Shown here: piece by piece, positions 39,274 through 51,660 of the stretch | How the letters are laid out: each line of letters opens with the position of its first letter | Numbering within the stretch: position 1 is the stretch's first letter | NCBI RefSeq assembly: GCF_037042905.1 | Contig: NC_087246.1 | Span: 52,576,001-52,640,000 of the forward strand | Source of the DNA: Lytechinus pictus | Taxonomy: Eukaryota | Direction: 5' to 3' | Length of the DNA: 64,000 nt | The notes under the pieces: generated by a model | Database searches by the model: none | The model's input: only the letters and a program-made list of their open reading frames with translations | What the model was told of the DNA's origin: nothing | Program-made: the position numbers and the translations under genes

Positions 39274-39678
39274 AGTGATAGTCATGGTTCGATCACTAAG
39301 AATCGTGTTACTGGGTCCTGGTCATCACTGAATTTATCTTATAATAATTAGGAGACATCTGAGTGGTTCAATTTTTCCATGTAACAGTCAATTTATTGTT
39401 TGTCTTACTTAGTCGTTTCAAAGTTGTCATTTCTGTGATATCTCTGTATTCATGGACTAGTGATTTTCCTTTTAATGTCTGTATCACATGTATTACTATT
39501 CCATTTTTGTTACTATGGGAATTACACAAAAATTAGAAATACAAAAAATGTTGGGTAAAAACAGAGAAGAAAGTCAATGTCAACCTCTATGAAAATGAAA
39601 TGTACATGCTTTGAATTTGAAGTTTGAGCACAAATAGTTGTGTGTTCTGCTATTACATAGTTGTACCTTACTATATCA

Positions 39679-39745
39679 AGGAAGCATGAATGTTTGTTAA
39701 CACGCAACCAGAGGACCCGTTGGCTTAAGATCCTCTCCATGGGAC
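39679..39745 (-). mobile_element. SINE fragment (family of 9031-9220)
   Basis: AAGCATGAATG...GCAACCAGAGGACC...GGCTTAAGATCCTCTCC. Confidence 0.7.
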
Positions 39746-41309
39746 TGACCTGACTCCATACATTACAATGCAAATTATATTTGTTTATAATTTCATCTTT
39801 AGTCCTCATTGAAATACAGCACTACAAATCTTATCAACTTTTTTCATTGTATTTAGACATTGTTAGACAAATCACCCCTTATGCTGATAAACAGGGGGTG
39901 CACGTACAGTTCACTTTTCAGAATATATCCAGAGTTGTGGGGAGAAGTTCAGAAGGACTTTATATACGGAGCTACGAAATAGAAGGATTTTATCCTATTT
40001 AGTAGGATTTTTAAGGGGAAAGTGAGGCTCAGTAGGATTTTCCCTGATAAATATGATTTTTGAAACTTCTAAGAATTATGATTTTGGTATGTTTTTCACA
40101 ATTTTAAAGAAAACAAGAATTTTATGATGGAATGAAAATATAAGAATAGGATTTTTTTTCACAATTAAGGTTGGCAGCTGTGATTATGGCTCCTATTGAA
40201 TTATGTCACCAGTTTGTCCCTCAACTGTGGACAAATCATTTTGAACTATTTTTTTTTCCTACAGAATTTGATTGGTGCAGTTTTTTTTCAGCTCCCATTT
40301 GTTTAAATGTTGGAATCCCATTTGCTTTGTGCAAAAAATATTACTGATCTTTGTCACACTATGTATTGATTAGTCTTCACAAATATTTATAGCCAAGACC
40401 ATCATATTTTTAGCATGCAATGATGAATTTATACTTATTTGCTGTGCATAATGTAGTTAACAATCCTAGGCAACTCATTTAGTGTACAAATTTTTATTTT
40501 ACTTTACAAACTTGCCTTTATTTTGGACATTTATGTTCATGTAAACAATGCTATATCCTGCTTGCTAGTGTATAGTTAATTTGATGCTATTTTTTATTGA
40601 TTTGGTTATGAATAATGGAAATTTGATTGAATATTCAATATTTGGCTCACCAAAAAGTGCCATGTCTTCAATATAGGTGCCCTATGTAAGAGAAAGAATA
40701 TTTTCTTATGCCTTCATAAAGACAAAGAGTTGAGCTTAACATACTATTCCAAACAATGCGACGAACGTTTTGTGATCAGCAGACAATCTGAAATATATTT
40801 TTTGAAGACGAACAAACAACAAATGATTTGTACTATTTTGGATACTGAAGAATGAATCAAAATTGTGCAATAAAAGATTTAGCATTTGTCAAATGAGAAG
40901 CTGCTTAGTGATTCGAATTATTTCTGTTTTGTGTGTTTTTACATAAATGTCTTCTTTTCATTCTATGTTGGTTTTAGCATGTTTTCATGAAGGAGTTCAT
41001 GAGTGGTAAGTTGTTATTAAGACAGTTACCTTAGGAATTTTTTTCCCAATGATTTCATTTTCAATGAAAATGTCATTAAAGTAACAACTGATCCGTTATG
41101 ATACCCTTCAAGAATCAGAGCTCTCTTAATCAAAGGTTACAATGGTAAAGAGTGATGCAGACAGAAAGAAAGGTGTCAAGCGACACCATAGAGGAGCGAC
41201 ACAGAGAGATAGAAAATAAGGGGGGGCAACAGAGAGAGAAAGAGGGGGTGGGGGGGGGAATAAAAAGGATCAGAATTTGAAATGATTAAAGGGGTGATTG
41301 AAAGGATGC

Positions 41310-41886
41310 ATAATATCATGTTAACTTTCTTACCCAATGGTAACTACCATGGCATCAGTGCTCAATGGCCAATCATTACAAGTTAACATTTGAGGGGAAA
41401 GTTGCCATAATAACATTTATGCAACGGGGTCCGGGTCCCGTAACAACTTGGTTTCATTAGCAGTCAAGCTCAATGTGGAAATTAGACTGAGTTTATAACG
41501 ACCATGATCCCATTGCATGGTAACTTTGTCATATGGTAACTTTGTTGGTAACTGGTATGGAATCCTTGATTTTGATTGGATGTCGATCAGTGTTACCATA
41601 GTAGCACTAGCGTACCTACGGGGGGGGGGGGGCAGAGGGGGCACACTGCCCCCCTGACGACTCTTGAAGACCCTTTTTTTTTTTTTTTTTTTTGCTTGTC
41701 AAATTATTTTTTGGTGAACGAGATCCTTAATTTGAGGTTGAACACTTTTTTTTCTTGCTTGTCAAATCTTTTGGCGGACGAATTTGCCCCCCCCCCCCCT
41801 GTGGAAAATCCTAGGTACGCCACTGCATAGAAGTTACCATTGGGTGGCAAAGTTACAATAAAAGTAACTTGTATGCAACGGGTCCC
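41310..41886. mobile_element. Cluster of degenerate MITEs ending TATGCAACGGG(G)TCC
   Basis: Same terminus at ~41418-41432 and ~41872-41886; GGTAAC/GTTACC subrepeats. Confidence 0.55.
41605..41825. mobile_element. hAT-type MITE with 8-bp TSD
   Basis: CACTAGCGTACCTA ... TAGGTACGCCACTG; TSD CATAGTAG / CATAGAAG. Confidence 0.85.
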
Positions 41887-41964
41887 ATATCGAAAGTGGT
41901 GGTATTATAAGAGAGAAACTCCTACATTACGAAGTATGAGGCAAACAAGACATTTTTATTCATG

Positions 41965-42186
41965 CTGTAAAGGGTACTTAAAGGTCTCTATACTTGTCCC
42001 GTTTTTGGAACCTTTAAGGGTTACCTAAAGGGTTTTAAACAGCCATTATGGAACATTTTTTTAGGTATAGGTTCATAGAACCACTTAAGGTTCTTGAGCA
42101 CATAAACAACCTTTTGGTGAATCTTTTATACTCAAGGGTTCCAAATATGGGACAAAAGGTTCCAATTCGCACTTTTTCTAAGAGTA
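41965..42186. mobile_element. Partial palindromic MITE (...TTTTTCTAAGAGT end)
   Basis: TTGTCCC..TTTGGAACC / GGTTCCAAA..GGGACAA inverted pair; GAACC/GGTTC subrepeats. Confidence 0.55.
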
Positions 42187-42524
42187 TAGCCAGTTTTAGC
42201 CACACTCCAAAAACTCTCGCAACTGACATCGAAGTTACACTGTTCGGTCGAGAATCATGATTGCAATATCTTGCAATGTCTTATTGTACTGGTATGGAAA
42301 TGCAGAATATTCATGTATCAATAATGAAAGGATATCTTGGCAAACAAGAAGTGTGGAAATTCATGAGTAATCGTTTCTGTACATTATTTAGTATTAGACG
42401 ACCAACATGGCTCCATTACCTTTTTCAAACGAGAGGCCCAAACTTGCTTGTTTTACCCAAAGGTTTTACCATTGAAACGGCAATAGAAATATCATATAAG
42501 GAGTAGTCCCAACTTTCATTCTGC

Positions 42525-42760
42525 CACAAAGCTCCGCCCACCTAGCTCCCTTTTCTCGCCGACTTCGTCCACAAACGCGAAAGCGCTTGGATTAATAAAC
42601 CTCATGGGCGTGGTCTTGAACATCAGCAAGCGCATTGCATCGTAAACAAACCCAGATAACCCCGCCCATCTTAGCCCGAGGCACGTGACTGGACGCGTAG
42701 TGTTCCGGTTCATGTATAAACCTACTGGAATTCTACTGCAACCAGATACTGCTATTACGT
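42525..42760 (+). promoter_or_regulatory. Orphan promoter-like element
   Basis: Three GC boxes, Fox GTAAACAAA, GATA, CACGTGAC, TTCCGG, TATAAA at 42715; CpG-rich relative to flanks. Confidence 0.45.
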
Positions 42761-42984
42761 ATGTGTCTGTCTGTGCATCGAAAAACTTGATGAGGGATGT
42801 ATCCTTTTCGGGTTTATTTACAAAACATTTTTCTCTGACTAGGCAGATATCTTGCAAAATTTTGTTGACCTCACTATTTTGCCAGCGTGATAAGAAGTTC
42901 ATATTCAGGTTTCAAACATTGAAGCGTAAAATTGATGATTTGTTCAATTGCAAAAAAAAAAATGCAGAGACAAATAATAATCAT

Positions 42985-43192
42985 AATTATACTAGCTTAT
43001 ATAGCGCTTAACACTTTATCAGAATTCTCTAAGCACTCTACAGTAATTGAGTATTATTTACCCTGGCTTTAGCAGAGCAGCTGTTACGCGCGCTGCGTTT
43101 CTAGGAAAAAAATCTTGCCAGGTACCCATTTACCTCACCTGGGTTGAGTGCAGCACATTGTGGACCACTTTCTTGCTGAAGGAAACTACGCC
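42985..43192 (-). mobile_element. 5'-truncated SINE (third family)
   Basis: Minus strand TGCTGCACTCAACCCAGGTGAGGTAAATGGGTACC core and AAGCGCTATATAAG tail. Confidence 0.75.
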
Positions 43193-45370
43193 CACATTGT
43201 CTAATATTTCATAGAGACATTTTAGAATAAAAGAAAGTGAGAAGATAAAAAAAAGTAATGCAATATTTGGTTTAAGATTACGCTTCATAATCAAAATAAT
43301 GAATTCAAAATGAATACTAGCCGAAAAAAATTATAAATGAAATTAGAAAAAAAACGACTTAAAAATATTCAAGCAAACCGACGATTAAACCAAGTGGTTT
43401 GGTAAAAAAAAATGTACACTACAGTTACCCTTTCCTTTTTCTGCAGGTTTTTACCCACCTCCCATTTCTCCCTTTCCCCTTTTCTTCTTTCAACGTCCGC
43501 CCATCCCAACCCCCTATACCCACTTCTTTCTCCCCCATCCTCCACGTCTCACTCCTCATACCCCTCACACACCAAACACCACGTCCTCTACCATTCCCTC
43601 TCATAGACAACATTTTTGTTATGGCCCTATGTGCCTCCCCGGTTGTCTTTATCACTAGACTGTAACGAGGGTTCTACTGAGTGATGCCTTGTACTAAGGA
43701 AGCTCGACGATCTAACATATCACCAGACAAGATTATTGATGCCCTCATTCAATGATCATTGGCGAATCCGCTGGGACTTCGGGGGGGGGGGGGGTGGTAG
43801 GGTCGGGGGAAAAATTCCATGATTTTATGAGTGCACATTTATTCGTTGCTTACTCCTTTAATGTTTCGCTTTTACGTGATCTTTGCATCTTTTACAGACG
43901 ATAACATTTTTGGTTAATTCATGTAACTAGGGGCAATTAATTTATGATTTTAATTGTTTGTTAATTGTATAGAGCCATTTTCCGTGTCAGGCATATATGT
44001 TTTATTGTCGCATTATATAAGATATATGAGAAACAGATATTTACTATAATGAATATTGTCTCCATAATACAGAAAAACGGAGAAAAACACTTACCTATTA
44101 CCTCCTTTTTGTGTTAATAAATCGCCGCAAAACGTACCAACATTTTTACTCCCACAATATCAATTTTGTAGCTTTGCCCTCAAAGATTAATGTTAATAAA
44201 CTTGAGCCCTCTCGAGATGAAATAATGAATTTTTTAAAAGCATGATATTATAAACTGCATAAATATATTTCAACTGTGTCATTCGACTTAACAAACTGTT
44301 TTCACACATTTCATACTCAAACGCAACTCTTGATGATGCAGCCAGGGGGAACAGGATATTTTTTAAATCTAATTTTAAAAGTAAATAAATTCTTAACGTA
44401 GTGATCTTCACTCCTAAGTTAATATTTTTCAGGATACGCGTTTGTTTTGTCTCAGAATCTGGGTCTCGCATCCTTCCTTGAAAGTATTCCCAGGGGAGTT
44501 CCTTCAAACCAAAACAAATCAACTTTTTCTCATCTTCGTGAAGATATTTGTCTTAATCAAAAATCTTTCCCGCCATATAAGCGGACTCAAACCGAAAATC
44601 GAATCTTGGTGTTTGCGCAGTTCTAGAAATTGCATATGAGATAGAAGTTGTATATATCTGATCAAACGTAAAACTATCGAAATAAATAATTAAGATTACT
44701 GATATTGTTATTGATTATAATTTATGAATAACAAATAAGGAAGAATTTGGAGCTCATCTGTTTCTGCCTTTTTAATAGAATGCATAAAGGTATTTAGTGA
44801 TAACGGGAAAAAATGCATTTATACATTTACCCGTAACATTTCTCATTTTGTGTTGATTTTTTTTCATTTTTATGAACCTCATTGGTCATGTTGGTGAAAC
44901 TTTTTCATTCTTAAAGCGTTTATTTGTGTCTTTTTGTTCAGTTTATTTGACTTTATTCATTCGTTGGACCATGGTCTCTCTCCGTAAAAAGGGTACTTAC
45001 TTTTTTTAAACACGATTTTCCTGGAGTCACTACATACCAAAAAACCGTACTATCGTATCATTGTTCAAAACCCCTGTGTAGAAAGATTAGTTCGTGATTT
45101 CTAATGTCTATTTGAAGTTATTTTTATTTTAAGCATTTTCCAGGCACATGCATTTCACATTAATATCATTACAATCCCATAATCTAAAAGATTCATAAAT
45201 GATAACAAGAAAAACAAACTCAAGCAAATACAGCTGAGGATAAAGATCCGATTTATCTGCCATGTAACTTCGAATAGTGTGCTCACTCCATGTAAGTTTA
45301 AGTATTCGTTTTATGTTCTCTATTTTCATATTCGAATTCCATGGTTGTATATTCTTTGCATTTTGATACA

Positions 45371-45620
45371 CACTATAAAATATTGGGTAAAAGTGCTCCA
45401 TGAGGGTAATTATGTGTCCAACCAACATTGGGCATTTCTTTTGGGCATTTTTATTTATCCAGTGTGATGAAAATTATGCCCATTCTTAAGTAATGGCTGC
45501 TTACTTTTTAAACTTACTGGACAATATGCTTCCCGCATTGGGTAAAGTATTGCCCCAGATTGGTTGGACACATAATTACCCTCGTGGTGGCAATAAATTT
45601 ACACAATATTTTTTACAGTG
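45371..45620. mobile_element. Palindromic CAC..GTG MITE
   Basis: AAAATATTGGGTAAA...GAGGGTAATTATGTGTCCAACCAA mirrored at the right end. Confidence 0.85.
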
Positions 45621-46503
45621 TACAGAAAATAAAAACAAATCTTAATCTTCATAATTATAGTGTGATAATCTGGTGGTAATATAACATGCGCAGTTTATCA
45701 TATTGATCTAACATTTCGTGCCTTTATATTTCCTGAAACATGGCATGAAAATATCGATGTCAAGGGCTAATTCGCAAATAGGAAAAGAGCCTTCTACTGA
45801 TTGTTCTCGAGGACATCAAGGATGAAGTAATTGAACATGTCTAAACAAAAGATATCAGAAGTCTTCAGGATAATCCATTTTGTCTGTTCCATCCGTTCTC
45901 GATCTTTTCAAGTTTACTGATCATAACAAAATGAGGCATTCTCACCCTTATCTTTACCTCAAGAAAGATTATAAACTCATTTTCAAAAGTATAAAGGTGT
46001 TGGCATAATATCTACACAGTGCATGTTAAGTATATAAATGATACTGATTTATCCTGGATGACTGATGACCTAAATAATAAAATATACCCTTTCAATAAAC
46101 TGTGTTTAATTATAACATGATTATTCAATCAAGCATGCAGCAGTTTGCGAGATCTCGCAGGACTTCACAAAATGTGTTCAACTTTCTATTTACTTCAGAC
46201 GTCGACATGCACGACAACGCACAGCGCGTTAATAGAATGTTTATGCCCTCTTTTGGTAAGTTTCTTACACTTTTATTGGGTTTTCATCGATTTCAATTAC
46301 AGTCGGCTATCATCATGGGCGTACATTAGTATGCTTTGCAAACCTTTTCACTCGAGTTAAGGGTCTGAATGTGCAGCTTACTCGTGCCTTGTGAACTGAA
46401 GGCCCTCTCGCTCATTATTGAAAAAGCAAGTTTTGTATGTGCTAGTCTTTGCGTGGAGATCCACCTGTTGACCAAAGTTTCAATCAGGGTCTGTGCCTGC
46501 AGA

Positions 46504-46750
46504 CTAGGCGTACAGATGGGGGGGGGGGGGGCTCTTGTCCCAAAAAAATTCATGACCAAGAAAAAAAAGAAAACGAAAGGGATAAGGGTGAATTACGATA
46601 TTATTTTCCAAATATTATGTCAAAATCTATCACAAACCTGGATTTTTGTAATAAAAATGTCAAAATTTTTGCTAGCTCACTCGCTCGCTTCGCTCTCTCA
46701 CAACTTCTTATTACTTTTACGCGATGCGCCATATCGAGCCCCCTAAAAAT
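46504..46750. repeat. Interspersed repeat fragment with GCTCGCTTCGCTC motif
   Basis: AGGCGTA + poly-G start typical of the hAT-like MITEs here; a similar motif occurs near 4690. Confidence 0.45.
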
Positions 46751-48589
46751 TTTTGGCTCATTATGCCACTTGCTATCATAGATCATTGATCATACAGCAA
46801 TTTTTTTCTTCTTTTGAAAACAGCAATTAATTTTCCTCACACCGTGTTTCGTCCATTATTATTCATCTCCAACCACAACATTTAGAACTTTTCGTCGAAC
46901 AAATCCTTTCAAAACTTAAATACATACTTTTGTTATTAAACTTTGATTTACATCGCAGTTATTTTACTATAATATAAAGGAAGTTCGGATTGGAAGTGTC
47001 ATCTAACTATTGTTCTATAAAAGAAACAATATCAAAACTTTGATTGAGCGTACTTATATTGCATTCCAATAAGGAATGGTGGATTGTTAATTTTCCTTTT
47101 TCCCCTATATAGCTGCTCATTAAAACCACCTCAAAGTTAAATCAATATTTTGTCACATTCCATCCTCTTCATAGTTACTTGTAACTCGTCGAGGGGTCAA
47201 ATTCGGGATAAATATTGGCTGATACAGAAGCCAGACGATCACAACTTGAAATTGTATCAATTTTCAGCTTTTTAACCCTCCGGCTCTGAGAGAGCGTGGT
47301 GTGACATGCGACTCCTTTTCCGGGCTCCTAATTAAAAGGTTACAGCCCCACAAGGGGAAAAAACATTAATGAGAGAAAATATTCCCAAGTCGAAGGATTT
47401 CAGAATGAGTAATGAAAAGCTGTGCAACCTTCATCCGTTATTAGCCAAATGTTTAGACAAGAAACACAATTTTGGAGTAGTAATAAGAAAGGTCAGAGGT
47501 CATATTTTGGAGCCATTTGTTACTTAGGAATGGTAAACAGCGAGAGAGGACGATTGTCAAGTTTGGTTGAAGTCACCGCTATGAAAATATTTTGTTGATT
47601 TGAAGCAATCTAGAAAATGTCAAACAACATCTTAAAGAATTGACATTAATATAAAATGAAGACTTTGAAATGTAGTCATGCCTATCAAAATATACCTTTC
47701 ATTGTCTGAATTCACGAAAAATACAACTTGGCTTAGTAATCATGTACTCATTAGATTGATAGAAAAACATTTTTGAAAAACGAATAAAGCATTTTCAAAT
47801 ACAACATCCTTATCTTAATTTTGCATTGCTTTGTCATTAAAACGATCGAACATTCAAAAGTATCATAACAACATGGTTAAATTTTGAAAATTATATTTTG
47901 ACGCTAGTGATATGATAATGAACTTTTTATCAAATGAAAATATGTTTCATCTTTCCTTTTGCCCTTCCTCTGCAAACAATTGTTTTCATTAATGGAACTA
48001 GTTGCTTATAACTCAGACCGTTCCGTAAATACTTCGACGCCCTCTTTGCTACCTTTTCAGAGCACAATTTGTAAAGCTCACTCCCATTTCCAGCAATTGC
48101 ATTGATATTCTCTGTGACCCCAGAAGTATTGATTTGAAGGTTTCTAACTGTAAGGTTGAGTTCTCATCAGAATGCAATCTTGATAAGAACAAACCTTTAT
48201 TTCTATCACATTTACAGACATTTTAAGCAGTATCCGCAATAAACACTTCCCGAGGAAATCGAAAAATAACAACCACTCGAACATTACATTTCCCATGCTA
48301 GAGATGTGTATACTTGTCCTGATTTTAACAAATAATGTTGAAGATGGTTTCATGTCGGTTTTTTTTAGAGAGAAAGGGGAAGAATCAGCTATTTCATTTT
48401 ATAGTTATTTCATCAAATTTATTGTCCAGTATTTCATTATGCTGTCAATTTATAAGTTTTATCATTCTCATTTTGCACTCGATTTATCATGATTGGATGC
48501 ATTATAAATTGCATATCAATATATTTTTAAACAAAATTTCTATATATTAATACGACCCAATATTTCTTTGTTGCACATTTGTAATGTAA

Positions 48590-48788
48590 CTAAGTTAGGG
48601 GCTTGCCTCTTGTACAAGCTTTGCTTTTTTTTCGGCAAGTCCCTCCGTTTTACTTGAATTGTGTTCCTTAAATCTATGATTATGTTATATATATATTATG
48701 TCTTGTATTTTCGACCTTGTTATGTTATGTTTATCATGTTATGTACAATATTGTGAAACGGAAATCAATAAATCAAATCAAATCAAAT
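48590..48788 (+). mobile_element. CR1-group LINE 3' end
   Basis: Stem-loop GGGGCTTGCC..ACAAGCTTTGCTT..GGCAAGTCCC, then AATAAA(TCAAA)n tail. Confidence 0.7.
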
Positions 48789-49849
48789 ATTTGATTTGAA
48801 TGGAAATGGAAAAAGTGAGATACAAGATATTCCGTAGCAGTTTTGTTTCTGATTTGTAGTTTAAATTTAGAATATTGCGGATTTACCAGACACAACACAT
48901 CATTTAGGCCAATATTTTTTTCTCTTTGTTTGACTCAATGGTCCAGGTAGTTTAAACCTAAAAAATATAGAATGGAAAATAAAAATATATATATGTCAAC
49001 ATTTAAATAGCTCTATATTGAAAATACGAAGTTTTTCCTACACTGAGTTAACTTTCATTTCATTATTTATGATCGGGTTTGGCCATTTTTATTTTTTGGG
49101 GGGGAACTTGCAAATTCCTATTTTGCCTTAGTAAAACAAAAATACATTGACCATATTCCATTCCATGTTTGGTTTTGTTTACCCATTTTGTACACCTTAA
49201 ACAGATGGGAGCGTCTACGAGGTGGGGTTTGAGCAAATCTAAATTAATAATGACACCAATGAGGGGTATATCAATAACCAAACTATAATTTCCCTTCTGT
49301 ATTTCCCCGGAAGCATCTGCAGGCAAAAAATAATATAAAAATACCTAGTGCATAGTGGTATGCCGTGTTTTCTTGACCCAGCTAAATCTGAAACGAATGG
49401 CAATACGTCGTTGGAAATGCAGGACCGAGGAGGAGTTTTATTTTACAGCAGTTACTCAATAGCTGCATGTAAGCTAAGCCCGAGGAGGATTATGTTTTCT
49501 TAAAAAATGATTTTAGTTTATTTAATTGGAATTGAAATTTTGCTGTAAGCCGATAAGCACACTTTGAAAATAATATTTATTCAATAAACTACAAACTACG
49601 ATTTCCATTTTTCCTCCAACAATGTAAAAATTAGATCGATCCTCAATGAACATTTAAAGTGGTCAGTTGTCGGTTAATTGTGAATCAGTGAAGAGCTTGT
49701 TTGTCCCAAAAGCTATTTAAATTAAATATTTGATATTACATCATCATCATAATTATGCAAAATAAAAATTGAATGCATGACATCATAGGCTCAAGGCCAG
49801 GATGGGAATATTAGTGTTCGGGGGAAAATCCTAATTTTACATCGATTAA

Positions 49850-50423
49850 AGGGGGTACTCCAGATTTAAAATAATCATATTTAAATAAATAGAGTAAAAT
49901 TAATTGAGCAAAATGCTAAAAACTTCATCAAAATCTGACAGCAAACAAGAAAGTTATTGAATTTTAACGTTCAGCAATATTTTGTGAAAACGGTTATGTA
50001 TGCACATAGTTATGAATATTTATCAGGCGGGCTGTTGATGTCACATCTCCACTTTCCTTTTTTTCTTACGTTATTACATGAAATCACAATTCTTTCATTT
50101 TTTTCATACATGTGTAAATGATATGTCTCCCTTACAATAAAATGACTTGTACAAATGAATATCTAATGCATTAAATCAGTTGTCAATCCATTTATTCAAG
50201 TTTTTGGAGAAAAAAATAAACATAATTTTATGTAATAAAATACAAAATAACAAGTGGGGCTATGACATCATCAGCTTGCTCATTGAATATTCACGAAGAC
50301 ATGCAGAACCGTTTCACCGAAATGATAAAAATCTCTAAAATGTCATAAATTTGTTATTCTTTGTCCGATTTTGATAAAATTTTAGTTGTCTTGTCTTGAT
50401 TATTTTCAGCCTGGAGTACCCCT
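49850..50423. mobile_element. TTAA-TSD MITE (Kolobok-like, diverged relative of the 12345 family)
   Basis: TTAA|AGGGGGTACTCCAG ... CTGGAGTACCCCT|TTAA; shared TTCATCAAAATC..AAGAAAGTTAT layout. Confidence 0.85.
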
Positions 50424-51299
50424 TTAAATTGCTTCTTTGATGCTTGTGAGATTTTTCACGATTCATTCAAATCATCTTGGGGATGTGGACTTGGCCTTAC
50501 TTTTTTCTCAAACGTACAACCTCTTTGTTTCTATGTGAGACTTGAAGTGGGGGTCAAATTGAATTTCGGTATATAAAATTTGTAACATTGCATGACTTTG
50601 CCCACCCCACGATTATTAATCAATCATGGTCGTTGGTTGCATTATATCTGCTAACTACACTTGAAAGGCAATCCAGTACCTCAACTTCACGTGCCTCCAA
50701 TAAAATGTCAACCCCCCACAAACTGTCGATCTTTTGTCAGAGAAGATCATGACCGTTTGGAGATCCCCATTTTAATTTTATCTTAAAAAGAAAAATAAAT
50801 AGATAAATGAACAAGCAAATGATTAGGCATTTTAAATGTCGTTGCACATTATGTTCAGCTGTATATGTTTAGTATTATCAGTTTGCAAGCGAATTCCATT
50901 ATTCTTCCCCTTTTTTATCAAATTCAAAACTTAAACAATAGAGGCCTACATTACCTACAGCACAGATCACTATGATTTATAGTTCGTAATCTTTGCGATG
51001 AATTTTTACGATGGTTATGAATGCCACTTCTAATATCAACAAAGTCTAAAGTAATGAGGGTTTAAATCATCGGTAAAGTACCCCCTCAAAATTCAGCAGG
51101 TCCATGTTTTTACAAAGCCTACCTAAAGATTTAAAACTGGACTACCCAAGAACAAAGAATCGAATCACGTTTTGAAGATATTAAAAAAGTATTAAACTTA
51201 CGGAAGTCACGTATTCGGTGACTAAATAGACCGTGAAATATATTTCATCATAATACTTTCCTTTACCAATATTTCAATCTAAGAAGAACTTGTTATTAT

Positions 51300-51660
51300 C
51301 CATATTCATCCTAATCGTAACAAATATTATACAAATAAAATGTATGACAACTCCGGAATATTATCATTCACAATATATTAGTAAAAGTTGGATGGGCTGC
51401 AATGGAAGAGAAATGGGAACACATACATGTCTTTTTTTCTTGCAAATATTTTTCTGTGTATAATTCGTTAATTCCATTCTATATTATACCTGTGATGTGT
51501 TTACATCCGGACACAAACTTATCTTATAGTAATAAAGGATAAAGGGCGGTAGTGGGAGAAAAAAGAGAAAAGTGTGTTTTACTGCAAATATTATTGCTTG
51601 TATAATTCCATAATTCCATTTCAAATATACTTAAGAATGTATTAACAACGGAGTAATCTT
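51300..51660 (+). repeat. Old diverged tandem duplication, period ~140-150 bp
   Basis: TGCAAATATT...TGTATAATTC..TAATTCCATT...ATAC at ~51441 and ~51583. Confidence 0.6.
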
